In this document: positions 40,640 through 53,078 of the stretch, one piece after another
How positions within the stretch are numbered: position 1 is the stretch's first letter
How the letters are laid out: each line of letters opens with the position of its first letter
Assembly (NCBI GenBank): GCA_965203905.1
Contig: CBDBDQ010000005.1
Coordinates: 2,016,001-2,080,000 of the forward strand
Source of the DNA: Spirochaetia bacterium
GTDB taxonomy: Bacteria; Spirochaetota; Spirochaetia; SZUA-6; Bin103
Reading direction: 5' to 3'
Length of the DNA: 64,000 nucleotides
Program-made: the position numbers and the translations under genes
The notes under the pieces: model-generated
Seen by the model: only the letters and a program-made list of their open reading frames with translations
Databases searched by the model: none
Told to the model about the DNA's origin: nothing

Positions 40640-41398
40640 GTGACGGTCACCGCGATCCGCACCCCGCTGATCCGGCCCGGCAGTGACCTGGCGGGGGAGC
40701 TGGCCACCAGCCTGCCGCTGCCGCTGCCCGACGGCTGCGTGGTGGTGGTCGCCTCCAAGGTGGTAAGCATCGCCGAAGGCCGCCTCACCGGGCGGGCCGG
40801 CGACCGTGCGGCGCTGCATGACCTGGTGCGGCGGGAGGCGGAGTACTACCTGGAGCCGCACGCCTCGCGCTACGACATCATGCTCACCATCAAGCGCAAC
40901 TGGATGTTCGTGAACGCCGGCATCGACCTTTCCAACGCCGCCGGCCAGTTGGCGCCGTGGCCGAGCGACCCGCAGCGCAGCGCCAATGAGTTGTGGCACC
41001 GGCTGCGGGAGCACGCCGCCGGCGAACGCCGCCTGGGCGTGATCATCGCCGACTCGGGCGGCATTCCGCTGAACTGGGGCGTGGTGGGCCGCGGCATCGC
41101 CCACTGTGGTTTCCGCGCGCTACGCGACTACACCGGCACACCCGACCTGCACGGCCGCAAGTTCACCATGGAGAAGACCAACCTGGTGCAGTCGATCGCC
41201 GCCGCGGCGGTGCTGGAAATGGGCGAGGGCGCCGAGCGCACCCCGGCCGCCGTGGTAGAGCACGTAGGCCGCCTGCAATTCCAGGACCGCGAGCCCAGTG
41301 CCGCCGAACTTTCAGCCCTGCGCATCAGCCTCGAGGACGACGCCTACGCCCCCATCCTCCGCTCCGCGCCCTGGCAACGCGGCGGTGGCGGTTCATAA
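40640..41398 (+). CDS. CofE-family gamma-glutamyl ligase (chlamydial FolC2/CT611-like)
   Basis: SKVVSIAEG, NAGIDLSN, GVIIADS, YTGTPDLHGR, MGEGAERTP, EDDAYAPIL. Confidence 0.8.
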   Translation: MTVTAIRTPLIRPGSDLAGELATSLPLPLPDGCVVVVASKVVSIAEGRLTGRAGDRAALHDLVRREAEYYLEPHASRYDIMLTIKRNWMFVNAGIDLSNAAGQLAPWPSDPQRSANELWHRLREHAAGERRLGVIIADSGGIPLNWGVVGRGIAHCGFRALRDYTGTPDLHGRKFTMEKTNLVQSIAAAAVLEMGEGAERTPAAVVEHVGRLQFQDREPSAAELSALRISLEDDAYAPILRSAPWQRGGGGS

Positions 41399-41417
41399 AC
41401 ACCGACGACCGGTCCCG

Positions 41418-41964
41418 TCACGCAGAGTCAGCCCAACGGCCGTATTCCCTACAGGCCCTTATGAGGGAGTCCGGGGCGGGCTGCCGCAGCGTTCTTCTCC
41501 GGCACATGTCGGCAAGAGTATCCACGTGCGGAGCGCAATCTCGTGAACGCGACAGGCGGGGGTAGTTCCGATTCCATTCGTCAACGCTCTCACCGTCAAG
41601 GTAGGCCAACCAGGTCTCGATTCGCCATGTCGGTACGACCAACAGGACTCCGTTTTCCGGGAATCTGACTGGTACTCCTGCCTCACGGCATGCATCCTGA
41701 AGCTCAGCCATGCGTGCGGCAACACCGCGCCGGTCGCCATCGAGCATAACGACCAGCGCTTGCGACACAGGTCTGCGCCGGTGTTCGGCGAGTTCCCTGG
41801 GAAAGCGGTCTCGTACGAAGGCTTGGCCAGCGCCCCCTTCGCGCCGAAGCCGCTCCACCCGCACGATGCGGTCACTCCGTCGCATCGTCCTGAGAAACCG
41901 GCGGATGAAGGTCTCGTGCTGCTCATTCTTCACACAACACAACGAGCTGGACCCTCCTGCTCAA
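41418..41964 (-). pseudogene. TOPRIM-like (DUF4276-like) protein with +1 frameshift
   Basis: TTG 41964 overlaps the ATPase stop; reads MSRRVQLVVLCEE*; removing one A near 41926 gives VLCEDEQHETFIRRF...LDGD...IETW; span is 3n+1. Confidence 0.7.
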
Positions 41965-43115
41965 CGTTCCCAGCCCCTGGCGACCAATTCGGAAAGCTTC
42001 AGACCGACTGTTTCTTCAGTGCTCGTTTTCGATACTTTCTGTGGGTGGCCTACGGTGATGACGCCGGAGGTTTCTCGGTGCAACATCATGCCGTGCTCAG
42101 ATCCGAGATAGTCGATCAACTCGGGGTGATGCGAGCTGACAACAGCTTGCGGAACGGTCTCACCCGTGGCGTCGTTGAGGCACATGAGCCACGGTTGAAT
42201 CTCCCGTAGTGCGACGTAATTCTCAGGCTCGTCAATAAATAAGGTGTATCCTTGATCCCGTACCAAGGTGATCATGCCATACAGTACGATGAGGGCGCGC
42301 TGGCCATCGGAGATCTCGTCAAACCGTAGTTTGTATCCATCCCAAGAATTGCCGTCCTCCTGGTCGTTAAACACGATGGTGAAGGAGCGGGCGTCATATC
42401 CAACCTGTTCCAGCCGGATGCCATGGAACCCGGCACCTAACACATCGATGAGGTCTTTCGTGAGAGCGTCAGTCAGGTCCGGCCGCTCCTGGTGAGTGTG
42501 CCGGTACCAATCAGCGAAGTTGCGGCCGTCTCGTTGCAGCATCGAGACCTCTTCGGTCGAGTCGGTCCGTAGACTTGGGGGGTGGATACTGCACACCAAT
42601 ATCCTGCGCATGTAGTCAAGGAAGCGGGTAAGGCGCCGATTGGCCGGTCCGGGGAATACGCGAGCCAGAGCGGACTCTTTCCAGTCAGCGGTATAGCTCG
42701 GACCCTTGGAGATCCCGCGAATTGGATCGTCGCGAAAGAGTTGCACCTCACTCAACACGAACTCGAACAGAGACTGCCCATCGACCGCCAGTGTCTCATG
42801 GCGGATGCGGACCAAGCGTGTGTCCTGCTCATGCTCCACCTCAAGTCGGTAGGTATAGTGCTCCGACTGCAACAATACGTCAATCTCAAAGACCTGTAGA
42901 TTGCGGCGCTGCCACCGAGTGAGTGTCCGAGTCGGGAATGCGTCATGATCGGTAACTTTCGCTTCGCCCGAGAGCAACTGGCGGAGAGCGTACACAGTGT
43001 CAAGTACAGAGGTCTTACCGACACCGCTTGGGCCAAACAACAGAGACAATTCTTTCAGCGGAAGTTCGAAATTGACGAGGCACTTGTAATTGTCCACGAA
43101 TAATCGTTTAATCAT
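41961..43115 (-). CDS. ABC/AAA_21-family ATPase
   Basis: IKRLFVDNYKCL, GPSGVGKT, ISDGQ, FIDEPEN, SSHHPEL; visibly lower GC than flanks. Confidence 0.9.
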   Translation of the reverse strand: MIKRLFVDNYKCLVNFELPLKELSLLFGPSGVGKTSVLDTVYALRQLLSGEAKVTDHDAFPTRTLTRWQRRNLQVFEIDVLLQSEHYTYRLEVEHEQDTRLVRIRHETLAVDGQSLFEFVLSEVQLFRDDPIRGISKGPSYTADWKESALARVFPGPANRRLTRFLDYMRRILVCSIHPPSLRTDSTEEVSMLQRDGRNFADWYRHTHQERPDLTDALTKDLIDVLGAGFHGIRLEQVGYDARSFTIVFNDQEDGNSWDGYKLRFDEISDGQRALIVLYGMITLVRDQGYTLFIDEPENYVALREIQPWLMCLNDATGETVPQAVVSSHHPELIDYLGSEHGMMLHRETSGVITVGHPQKVSKTSTEETVGLKLSELVARGWER

Positions 43116-43201
43116 TTGCCCCCTCTGTAGCAGCTATTCGTCATCGTCCGAAGTGAATCTGCGGAATCCTGAACAAGGATAGCACAACCCATCGCTCAAC
43201 A

Positions 43202-43744
43202 TCAGCAGGCGTCGTCGGTGTCGTCGGTGTCTGAGGAAGGCAGGCGGCGGCGCAGGTGGTCGGAGAGGGACTCGCCGGCCGCCAGCTCCAGGTCGGTGGG
43301 GGGGACGTAGCGGCGCAGCTCGCCGCGTAACGGCTGAAAGTTCTCGAACTCGGGGGAGATGGTGAGCAGGCGGTCGGCGCTCTCCACGTACACGTAGAGC
43401 AGCTCGTTGCCGTCCGCGGTCCGCACGTGCCCGGCGAAGGTGACCTGCTCCCAGGGGTGGCGGTGCGTCTCCTCGCCATACTCGCAGATGGTCACCCCGC
43501 CCGCGTCGGCGGCGACGTAGCTGGCGAGCTGCTTGCTGACGAAGCGCACCAGGCGGTAGCCGAAGTAGCCCACCAGCACCAGCGCCACCAGCCCCACCAC
43601 AATCTGCACCAGCAGCGCCACCAGCACCGCGCCCGCCGCCAACAGCACCGCCAGGGCGATCGGCACCAGCACGCGCGGGTTGGAGCGCACCGTGATCCGC
43701 GCTCTCACCGGAACCACGATAAGGGGGCCGTTCGGATCGGTCAA
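43202..43744 (-). CDS. Hypothetical membrane protein
   Basis: Two TM helices followed by a small beta-rich domain; start approximate. Confidence 0.65.
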   Translation of the reverse strand: MTDPNGPLIVVPVRARITVRSNPRVLVPIALAVLLAAGAVLVALLVQIVVGLVALVLVGYFGYRLVRFVSKQLASYVAADAGGVTICEYGEETHRHPWEQVTFAGHVRTADGNELLYVYVESADRLLTISPEFENFQPLRGELRRYVPPTDLELAAGESLSDHLRRRLPSSDTDDTDDAC

Positions 43745-43906
43745 TTCATGCTCTTGCCGCAACTTCGTTCGTTGACCGCGGCACGCCACGGCACTACTTT
43801 AGGGCAAACCCACACCCCTGCTGCCATGTTCCTGTTCCGGCGCCTCCCGCGGTGCGTGCAGTGCACGGGAGGGCGGGCAGAGGTGGCGAACCGTTGAGAG
43901 GCACCA

Positions 43907-46192
<2,286 letters not shown>

Positions 46193-46930
46193 CGGTGGCC
46201 GTCAGCAGATAGCCTTCGCCGCGCACCGCGGTGATGGCCACGCCGCTGCCGTCCGCGCCATCGTGGCCAACAGCGTCACCGCCCATGGCGTCATCGTCGC
46301 CAGCGGCGATCCGGCACTTGCGGCGCAGCGCGGCCACGTGCACGTCCACGACGCGGCTGGGAGTCGTCGGCAGCCGGCCCCATAGCCGGTAGAACAGGGC
46401 GTCGCGGCTGGTGACCCGGCCGGCGTTGTCAAGCAGCATATCCAGCAGCCGCGCCTCGGCCGCCGACAGCGCCACCGCCGCACTGGGGCCGTGCAGCGTG
46501 GTGCCTTCCAGCCGCAGGCCGCCGCCGAAGCGGCGCGCCGGCAGCCGAGCCTCAAGCCAGCGGTTCACTCGCAGCTCCAGCTCGGTCAGCGTCCAGGGAT
46601 CGCGCAGGTAGTCGACACAGCCGCGCAGCAGCGACGCTGCCATACCCTGCTCCGGCCCGTAGGCCAGCACCGGCAGCGCAAGGCGGCCGTCAGGCGCCAG
46701 AATCGTGTTGGTGGCGGCTACTGGAAGAATGAACAGGGCGACGTCGCGGCACGGTTCGAACTCTCGGGCCAGCAGCAGGCGAAAGCGGCGGCTCCGGACG
46801 CGCCGCACGCGCGCGTCGAGAAACGGGTCCTGGGACACGAACAGGACGCTCGCAAGCGCCGGGGATTCGGTCATCGCGGCGGTTCAGGGACGGGGACCAT
46901 GCAGTGCCCGGCCGCCTCCGCCGCGAACTC

Positions 46931-47641
46931 CTACGAGCGGGACTCTCCCGGGGCGCTCTTGTCCTCGATCTGCTTCATCTTCGACTTCAGGTCTTCCAGC
47001 AACTGGTCCGCGCTGCCGCCCGCTTCCAGCTCCTTGAACTGCTTCTCCAGGTCGGCGTCGCCGGCATCCAGCTTGGCCAGGTCGTCGGTCGCCTCCGCCT
47101 CCGCCTCCGCCTGCTCCACCTTGGAGGCCATGCGGTCGAAGGCGTCGAAGGCGGACGTGTTGCGGGCGGCGCCGATGGTGGCCTGGATGCGTTGCTGCGC
47201 TTCCGCCCGCTTGGATCGCGCGATGAGCAGGTTCTTCTTGCGGCTGGCCTCTTCGATCTTCTGCTGCAGGTGGCGCAACGAGTCCTTGAGTTGCTCCACC
47301 GAGGCGTGCTGGGCGTCGTACTGCTCCTGGTAGCTGGTGGCGTACTCCGCGTGCTCCTGCTTGCGCACCAGTGCCTGCTTGGCCAGATCGTCCTTGCCGG
47401 CGCGCACCGCATCCATGGCCCGCTGCTCCCAGAGTTCGGTGTTGCGGCGCTGCTCGATAAGCTGGCGCTGCAGCCGCTTCTCATCGGCGATGGCGGACGC
47501 CACGCTCTTCTTGGATTCGATGAGCTGCTCGTTCATCTCGACGATCAACTGGTTGAGCATCTTCTCGGGATTCTCAGCCTTGGTGATCATGTCGTTGATG
47601 TTGGAGCGCACGACGCGCCGGAAGCGGTCAAACAGTCCCAT
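46931..47641 (-). CDS. pspA: PspA/IM30 family protein
   Basis: MGLFDRFRRVVRSNIN...AENPEKMLNQ, DDLAKQAL, AFDRM. Confidence 0.95.
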   Translation of the reverse strand: MGLFDRFRRVVRSNINDMITKAENPEKMLNQLIVEMNEQLIESKKSVASAIADEKRLQRQLIEQRRNTELWEQRAMDAVRAGKDDLAKQALVRKQEHAEYATSYQEQYDAQHASVEQLKDSLRHLQQKIEEASRKKNLLIARSKRAEAQQRIQATIGAARNTSAFDAFDRMASKVEQAEAEAEATDDLAKLDAGDADLEKQFKELEAGGSADQLLEDLKSKMKQIEDKSAPGESRS

Positions 47642-47661
47642 CAGGTGACCTCCTCGCTATA

Positions 47662-48042
47662 TTAACGGTACTTGGCCAGCATCTGGTAGTGCTGTGCCAG
47701 GGCGAGTCCGATCGCATCCAGGGTCGCCTGGAACTCCTCGACATCGAGAGTCTCTCCGACCAGGGTGTTGAGCAGGATCACGTCGTCACCCTCGAGCGCG
47801 TAGGCGCCGTGAATCATGTCTGACTGATTCAGCCGCAGCAGTTGCTCGAAGAACTGCTCCCGTTCCTTGTCGGGAATGGCCATCACCTTGACCCGGATGA
47901 TGACCACCGGGTCGGCCAGGATCACCAGGACGTTCTCCAGGCCTTTCTCGTCATCGTTGATGACCCAGGTCTGGTCACCCACCTCCTCGTAGGTGAGCGA
48001 CAGGGAGAGCAGGTAGCTTTCAATTCTTGCGGAGTCTGCCAT
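47662..48042 (-). CDS. YbjN / CesT-like chaperone-fold protein
   Basis: Acidic 126 aa, FFEQLLRLN..MIHGAYAL; directly upstream of pspA. Confidence 0.75.
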   Translation of the reverse strand: MADSARIESYLLSLSLTYEEVGDQTWVINDDEKGLENVLVILADPVVIIRVKVMAIPDKEREQFFEQLLRLNQSDMIHGAYALEGDDVILLNTLVGETLDVEEFQATLDAIGLALAQHYQMLAKYR

Positions 48043-48085
48043 CGATAAAATCCGCCCCTAATATACTGCCGCCAGGCGGCGCCGG

Positions 48086-49274
48086 TCACCGGCGCGGCGC
48101 GCCAGGGTCGAGGACGATGTCGCGGGCGTCTATCAGCAGGGGCAGCCGGTCGCCGGTCCGGCGCCGAGCCAGCAGCCGGGCGCGTTCCAGCACGTTGCGC
48201 AGCTCGCGCACGTTACCGGGCCAGGTATGATCGGCGAGCCGCTCCAGAGCCGCATCGCTCAACGAAATGCCGGCGCTCGCCACGATCCGCCCGGCACGGC
48301 CGGCAGCCTGGCGCAACAGCGCGTGTGCCAGCAGCGGGATGTCGTCGTGGCGCTCGCGCAGCGGCGGCACGTGAATCAGCAGCACCGCCAGCCGATACCA
48401 GAGATCAGCCCGCATGGTGCCGGCCGCTACCTGCGCCTCGACGTCGCGGTTGGTGGCGCTGACCACGCGTACGTTGACCGCGACCGGATGCCGGCCGCCG
48501 ACCCGAGTCACCTCGTGATTCTCCAGCGCTCGCAGCAACTTGACCTGCGTGTCCAGGGGCATTTCCGCCACTTCGTCGAGAAACAGGGTGCCGCCGTCGG
48601 CGCGCTCGAAGCATCCGGCACGTGACACGGCGCCGGTGAACGCCCCCGCTGCCGAGCCGAACAGCTCACTCTCCACCAGGGTGTCGGGGATCGCGCCGCA
48701 GTTGACGGCGATGAAGGGTGCGGTTGCGCGATGCGACAGTCGATGGATCCCTACGGCGACCAGCTCCTTGCCGGTGCCGCTCTCTCCGGTGACCATGACC
48801 GGAGCATCCGAGTCGGCATACACCTCCATCAGCTCGCGCACCTGCAGCAGAGCGGGCGATTCGCCCACCAGTCCGTCCGCCGGCGGAGTCTGGGCTGTCG
48901 GCGTTGCGCCGCGCGGTGCTGTTCACGAGCGCGGCGTGCAGGGTGGCGAGCAGGGTGCGCAAATCGTACGGCTTGACCAGGTAGTCGCTGGCACCGGCGC
49001 GGATGGCCTCCACCGCCAGGCGCACGTCGCTGTGTCCGGTGAGCATCACTACCGGTGGTCCCAGTGGCGTGGCTCTGACGCGGCGCAGCAACTCCAGGCC
49101 GCTGCCGTCCGGCAGCACGAGGTCCAGGAGCACGAGGTCCACGTCGCCGCGGGTGACGACCCGTTCGCCATCGGCCAGCGTGGTGGCGGACACCAGCTCG
49201 TACTCCTGCGGCAGCACCAGGTCGAGGGTGTCGTGAGCACGTGGGTCGTCGTCGACGAACAACAGCCGAATCAC
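48086..49274 (-). pseudogene. NtrC-family sigma-54 response regulator, frameshifted in the linker, no C-terminal HTH
   Basis: Receiver (FVDDD, LLDLVLPD, LVKP) in one frame; AAA (GESGTGKE, GAFTGA, LFLDEV, WPGNVRELRN) in another; span is 3n+1. Confidence 0.8.
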
Positions 49275-49388
49275 GATCCCGCCACCTTATACGGCCGCCC
49301 CACGGTGGGCAAATGTGCCCTTTGACGTTCGTGACTTCGGGATAGCCTCACGTGCTCAAGTGTAATTCGTTGCAGTTCTGCCGTCGAA

Positions 49389-50165
49389 TTACGATGAGCA
49401 GATGACGTTCGTGCTTCGCGGGTGGTCTGCCGCCAGCAACTGGCCTACCGCTGCCAGGGCTGCTACCGCGGCGGTGTCCACCCGCAGCACCGCGGCCTGT
49501 AGGGCGACGCCGCGAAAGCCGCAGGCCTGGAACAGCTCCCGTTCGGCAGCGGAGAAGCCGCCTTCCGGCCCCACCGCACAGCGCACCTCGAGTAGTGTCC
49601 GCTGCAACGGCAGGTGCCACACCGGCAGCTCTTGCAGCGGCACCGCACCCGGGTGGAACACCAGCTCCAGCGCCGCCGGCGGCCGCTGGTCCAGGTACTG
49701 CCGCAGCTCCAGCGGCGGGTCGATGGATGGCGCCACGGCACCGCTCTGCTGCACCGCCTGGCGCGCGATGCGTTGCCAACGTGCGTGCCTGCGAGCCGCG
49801 GCCGCGGGCTCGGGCCGGCCTTGGGTGCGCGCGGAGACCACCGGCACGATGGCGGCCACTCCCAACTCGGTAGCCTGACGCACGATGCGGTCCATCAGTG
49901 ACCACTTGGGAAGCGCCTGGATCAGCGTGAGCCGGCAGGCCGGCAGACTGGAGGCCGGCGCCACCTGCCGCCGGCCGAGGTTGACGCTCAGGGTTCGGTC
50001 CGTCACCCGGGTCACGGTGGCCCGGTAACGCGCGCCGGCGCCGTCGACCACGGTGAGCGCTGCACCGACAGCCATTCGCCGCACCCGGACCAGGTAGTGG
50101 TAGTCGGCGCCGGCAAGCTCCACCTCGCCGTCGGGGCGTGCGTCGGCGATCAGGAACTGCAGCAT
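49389..50165 (-). CDS. rsmE: 16S rRNA m3U1498 methyltransferase
   Basis: HYLVRVRR, QATELGV, VGPEGGFS..E, VLRVDTA. Confidence 0.9.
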   Translation of the reverse strand: MLQFLIADARPDGEVELAGADYHYLVRVRRMAVGAALTVVDGAGARYRATVTRVTDRTLSVNLGRRQVAPASSLPACRLTLIQALPKWSLMDRIVRQATELGVAAIVPVVSARTQGRPEPAAAARRHARWQRIARQAVQQSGAVAPSIDPPLELRQYLDQRPPAALELVFHPGAVPLQELPVWHLPLQRTLLEVRCAVGPEGGFSAAERELFQACGFRGVALQAAVLRVDTAAVAALAAVGQLLAADHPRSTNVICSS

Positions 50166-50219
50166 CGTTGGAAGCGGCACGCCGCTCCGGGAGCACCGGC
50201 GGCGCACCGCACGGCTGGC

Positions 50220-51680
50220 TCAGGAGGCGGCTGCCGCCGGAGCCAGCAGCTGCTGCGCGTCGTGCGCTGGTACCAGCCCCTGCCGGAGGAGGCTCACCGC
50301 CTCCTGCAGGACCAGGTCGAACTGCAGGTCGTACACCGGAGGCGCCGGCATGCGGCGTACCACCTCGTCGCGCACCAGCCGTCGCAGCAGGCGACCGGGA
50401 AGCTCCACCCCCGACTCCTGCAACTCCTCGATAAAGGTTTCGGTCTGAGCGGGACCGGGACTCGGGTACTGGCGCACGAACGCTCGCAGGCGGCCACTCT
50501 CGAACAGCTCTTCCAGCGCCTCCTTCTCTTCATCCGACTGTTCGGGTTCGGCCAACTCCTGATGCGGCGTCACGCCGACCGCATCGAGGCTGGCGCCACT
50601 GGGCGTAAGATAGTGCGACGTGGTCACCTTTACCGCGCGCTGATCGAAGTGGCGTACCTGCTGCACCGATCCCTTGCCGTAGGTCCGCTCGCCGAGCAGG
50701 TAGGCGCGTCCGCTCTCGCCCAGCGCTGCCGCCAGGATCTCCGAGGCGGACGCCGAGCCGCGGTCGATCAACACCACGATCGGCAGTTCCGCGTCCACCA
50801 GCGTGGTGTGCTGCGAGGCGCGATGGACCTGGTTCTCGGCTTCCACGCGAGACCGGGTGGAGACGATCACCCCCGCGGAGAGAAAGAAGTCAGCCACCTG
50901 CACCACCGCGGAGAGCAGCCCTCCGGGATTGCTGCGCAGATCGACGATCAGGCCCCCGGCGCTGCCCAGATGCCGCAGCGCTTCCGTCACCCGTTCCGGT
51001 GTGAGCCGCGTGAACTGGCTGATGCGCAGGTAACCGATGGCGTCGTCGATGAGCGCGTGACGTACCGTGATGACTTCGATCATGGCGCGTTCGATGGCCA
51101 CCTCGAAGGTGACGGTGTCGTGGCGCCGGAAGGTGATCGACACGGAGCTGCCGGGCGCCCCCCGCAGGCGGGAGATGATGTCGCTGACTTCGAACTCCAG
51201 GGCCGACTCCCCGTCGATGGCCACGATCAGGTCTCCGGCGCGCACTCCCGCTCGATGCGCCGGCAGCCCCTCGATCGGCGAGATCACCTCCACGCCGCCA
51301 TCGCGGTGCGCCGCCACGTACATGCCCACGCCGCCGAATTCGCCCCGCGTCAGGTCGGTGATCTCCGGAACCTCGTCGGGACGGATGTACGATGAGTAGG
51401 GGTCGTCGAGAGCCTCGAACATGCCGTCCAGGGCGCCTTCTATGAGCAGTTCCGGATCGAGCCTGGTCTCGTCGACGTAGTTCTCCAGGACGAATTCGAA
51501 CACCTCCGCAAACATTCCGGCGAGTTGGCGCGCTTCTTCCTCATCCTCCTGGGCCAAGGCCTGCGGCGTCACCGACAACAACAGCAGCAGGACCGCCGAC
51601 AGCAGGGCGGTGCGCGCGCGCCGAGTCCACGGCATGCGCGGCGCAGGGTTCAGGGAAAGAAGCGAGGCGGTCGCTTGCAT
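50220..51680 (-). CDS. S41 carboxyl-terminal protease (CtpA-like)
   Basis: LDDPYS, PDZ (FGGVGM), DLRSNPGG, SASASEI, TYGKGSVQ. Confidence 0.93.
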   Translation of the reverse strand: MQATASLLSLNPAPRMPWTRRARTALLSAVLLLLLSVTPQALAQEDEEEARQLAGMFAEVFEFVLENYVDETRLDPELLIEGALDGMFEALDDPYSSYIRPDEVPEITDLTRGEFGGVGMYVAAHRDGGVEVISPIEGLPAHRAGVRAGDLIVAIDGESALEFEVSDIISRLRGAPGSSVSITFRRHDTVTFEVAIERAMIEVITVRHALIDDAIGYLRISQFTRLTPERVTEALRHLGSAGGLIVDLRSNPGGLLSAVVQVADFFLSAGVIVSTRSRVEAENQVHRASQHTTLVDAELPIVVLIDRGSASASEILAAALGESGRAYLLGERTYGKGSVQQVRHFDQRAVKVTTSHYLTPSGASLDAVGVTPHQELAEPEQSDEEKEALEELFESGRLRAFVRQYPSPGPAQTETFIEELQESGVELPGRLLRRLVRDEVVRRMPAPPVYDLQFDLVLQEAVSLLRQGLVPAHDAQQLLAPAAAAS

Positions 51681-51720
51681 CTCGGTGCCGTAAGGGAAGT
51701 ATAGTGCTTGGCGCGGGACA

Positions 51721-52770
51721 GTGACGATGATTGGTTACGCGGAGTTTCCCACCTGGTTGCGGCCGGAGATCATCCCCGGGTTGCCGATCCGGTGGTATGG
51801 GCTGATGTACCTGGTGGCGTTTGCCATCACCTACCGCCTGTTCGTGCACCTGGCGGTGAACCGTGGCGAGTTGCAGACCGACAAGGACACGGCACTCAGC
51901 CTGTTCTTCTGGGGAATCGTCGGCGTGCTCCTCGGGGGGCGTCTGTTCTCCGTGCTGATTTACGATCCCACCGGGTTCTATGCGCGCAACCCGTTGCAGA
52001 TCGTGTTTCCGTTTCAACGCGTGGACGGCGCCCTGCGCTTCATCGGTCTGCAGGGCATGGCCTATCACGGCGGCCTGGTGGGCGCCGTGGTCGCGGTGGT
52101 GATCTTCTGCCGCGTGAAGCGTCTGCCGGTGTTGCAGGTGGGGGACCTGCTGGCCGCGAGCGCGCCCCTGGGCTACACCTTCGGGCGCCTGGGCAACTTC
52201 ATCAACGGCGAGCTCTACGGGCGCGTTACCAGCTCTCCGATCGGGATGATCTTCCCCGCTGCGCCGGGGTATCCGGCGAGCGAACCCTGGGTCCGCCAGT
52301 TGGCACAGGAGGCCGGCGTGCCGATCGCCGAGGGCGCGGCGCTGGTCAACCTGCCGCGCTACCCTTCTCAGCTCTTCGAGGCATTCTTCGAGGGCGTGTT
52401 CCTGTGGGCGTTGCTGTGGTTCGTGTTCCGCGGGCGGCGCCCGTTCCCCGGGTTCCTGATGTCGTTGTACGTCATCGGCTACGGGGTGGCGCGCTTCGCG
52501 GTCGAGTATCTGCGCGAGCCCGACGAGGGAATGGGATTCCCCCTGTCCTTCGCACCGGTCGCCAACCCGGCGCAGTTCAGCCCGTGGAACTTCACCACCG
52601 GCCAGCTCCTGAGTGCGGCGATGATCATATGTGGCATGGCAATGCTGATGATATTCGCCAGCCAGCCGTCAGCCGCGCAGCGGCGACCGGGACGGCGATC
52701 CGGCAGCGAGGCCGAGCGCAACAACGCGCGGCGCGCGATGCTGCGGCGCATGCGCAAGAAGCTGCGCTGA
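51721..52770 (+). CDS. lgt: Prolipoprotein diacylglyceryl transferase
   Basis: IRWYGLMY, GMAYHGG, GRLGNFINGELYGR, PSQLFE. Confidence 0.96.
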   Translation: MTMIGYAEFPTWLRPEIIPGLPIRWYGLMYLVAFAITYRLFVHLAVNRGELQTDKDTALSLFFWGIVGVLLGGRLFSVLIYDPTGFYARNPLQIVFPFQRVDGALRFIGLQGMAYHGGLVGAVVAVVIFCRVKRLPVLQVGDLLAASAPLGYTFGRLGNFINGELYGRVTSSPIGMIFPAAPGYPASEPWVRQLAQEAGVPIAEGAALVNLPRYPSQLFEAFFEGVFLWALLWFVFRGRRPFPGFLMSLYVIGYGVARFAVEYLREPDEGMGFPLSFAPVANPAQFSPWNFTTGQLLSAAMIICGMAMLMIFASQPSAAQRRPGRRSGSEAERNNARRAMLRRMRKKLR

Positions 52771-52842
52771 TGGGCGATACTGGGATCGAACCAGTGACTT
52801 CTACCGTGTGAAGGTAGCACTCTACCGCTGAGTTAATCGCCC
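52771..52842 (-). tRNA. tRNA-Val(CAC), CCA not encoded
   Basis: GGGCGATTAACTCAGCGGTAGAGTGCTACCTTCACACGGTAGAAGTCACTGGTTCGATCCCAGTATCGCCCA folds as a cloverleaf; anticodon loop TTCACAC. Confidence 0.97.
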
Positions 52843-52860
52843 GCGCCGAACCGGACCAGA

Positions 52861-52889
52861 ACGCTACCGCGCCGCTGCCGGACTGTCAA
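52861..52889 (-). promoter_or_regulatory. tRNA promoter
   Basis: TTGACA-17 bp-TAGCGT on the minus strand. Confidence 0.7.
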
Positions 52890-53078
52890 CTGTCCGCGAT
52901 CCGCTCGAAACCGCTCGCCGCGGGCGTGCGGGAGCCGGCAACCGGGCCCGCCTGCCGGCTCTGTGCCGACTCCGGTTGCGCCAAGGTAATGTGCTGCCGC
53001 GGATAGAGTTATTCTGGGCAACGTCGGTTGACTTCGAGGCCGCTTGGAGACATCATCGAAACAGCCGAACAACAATAT

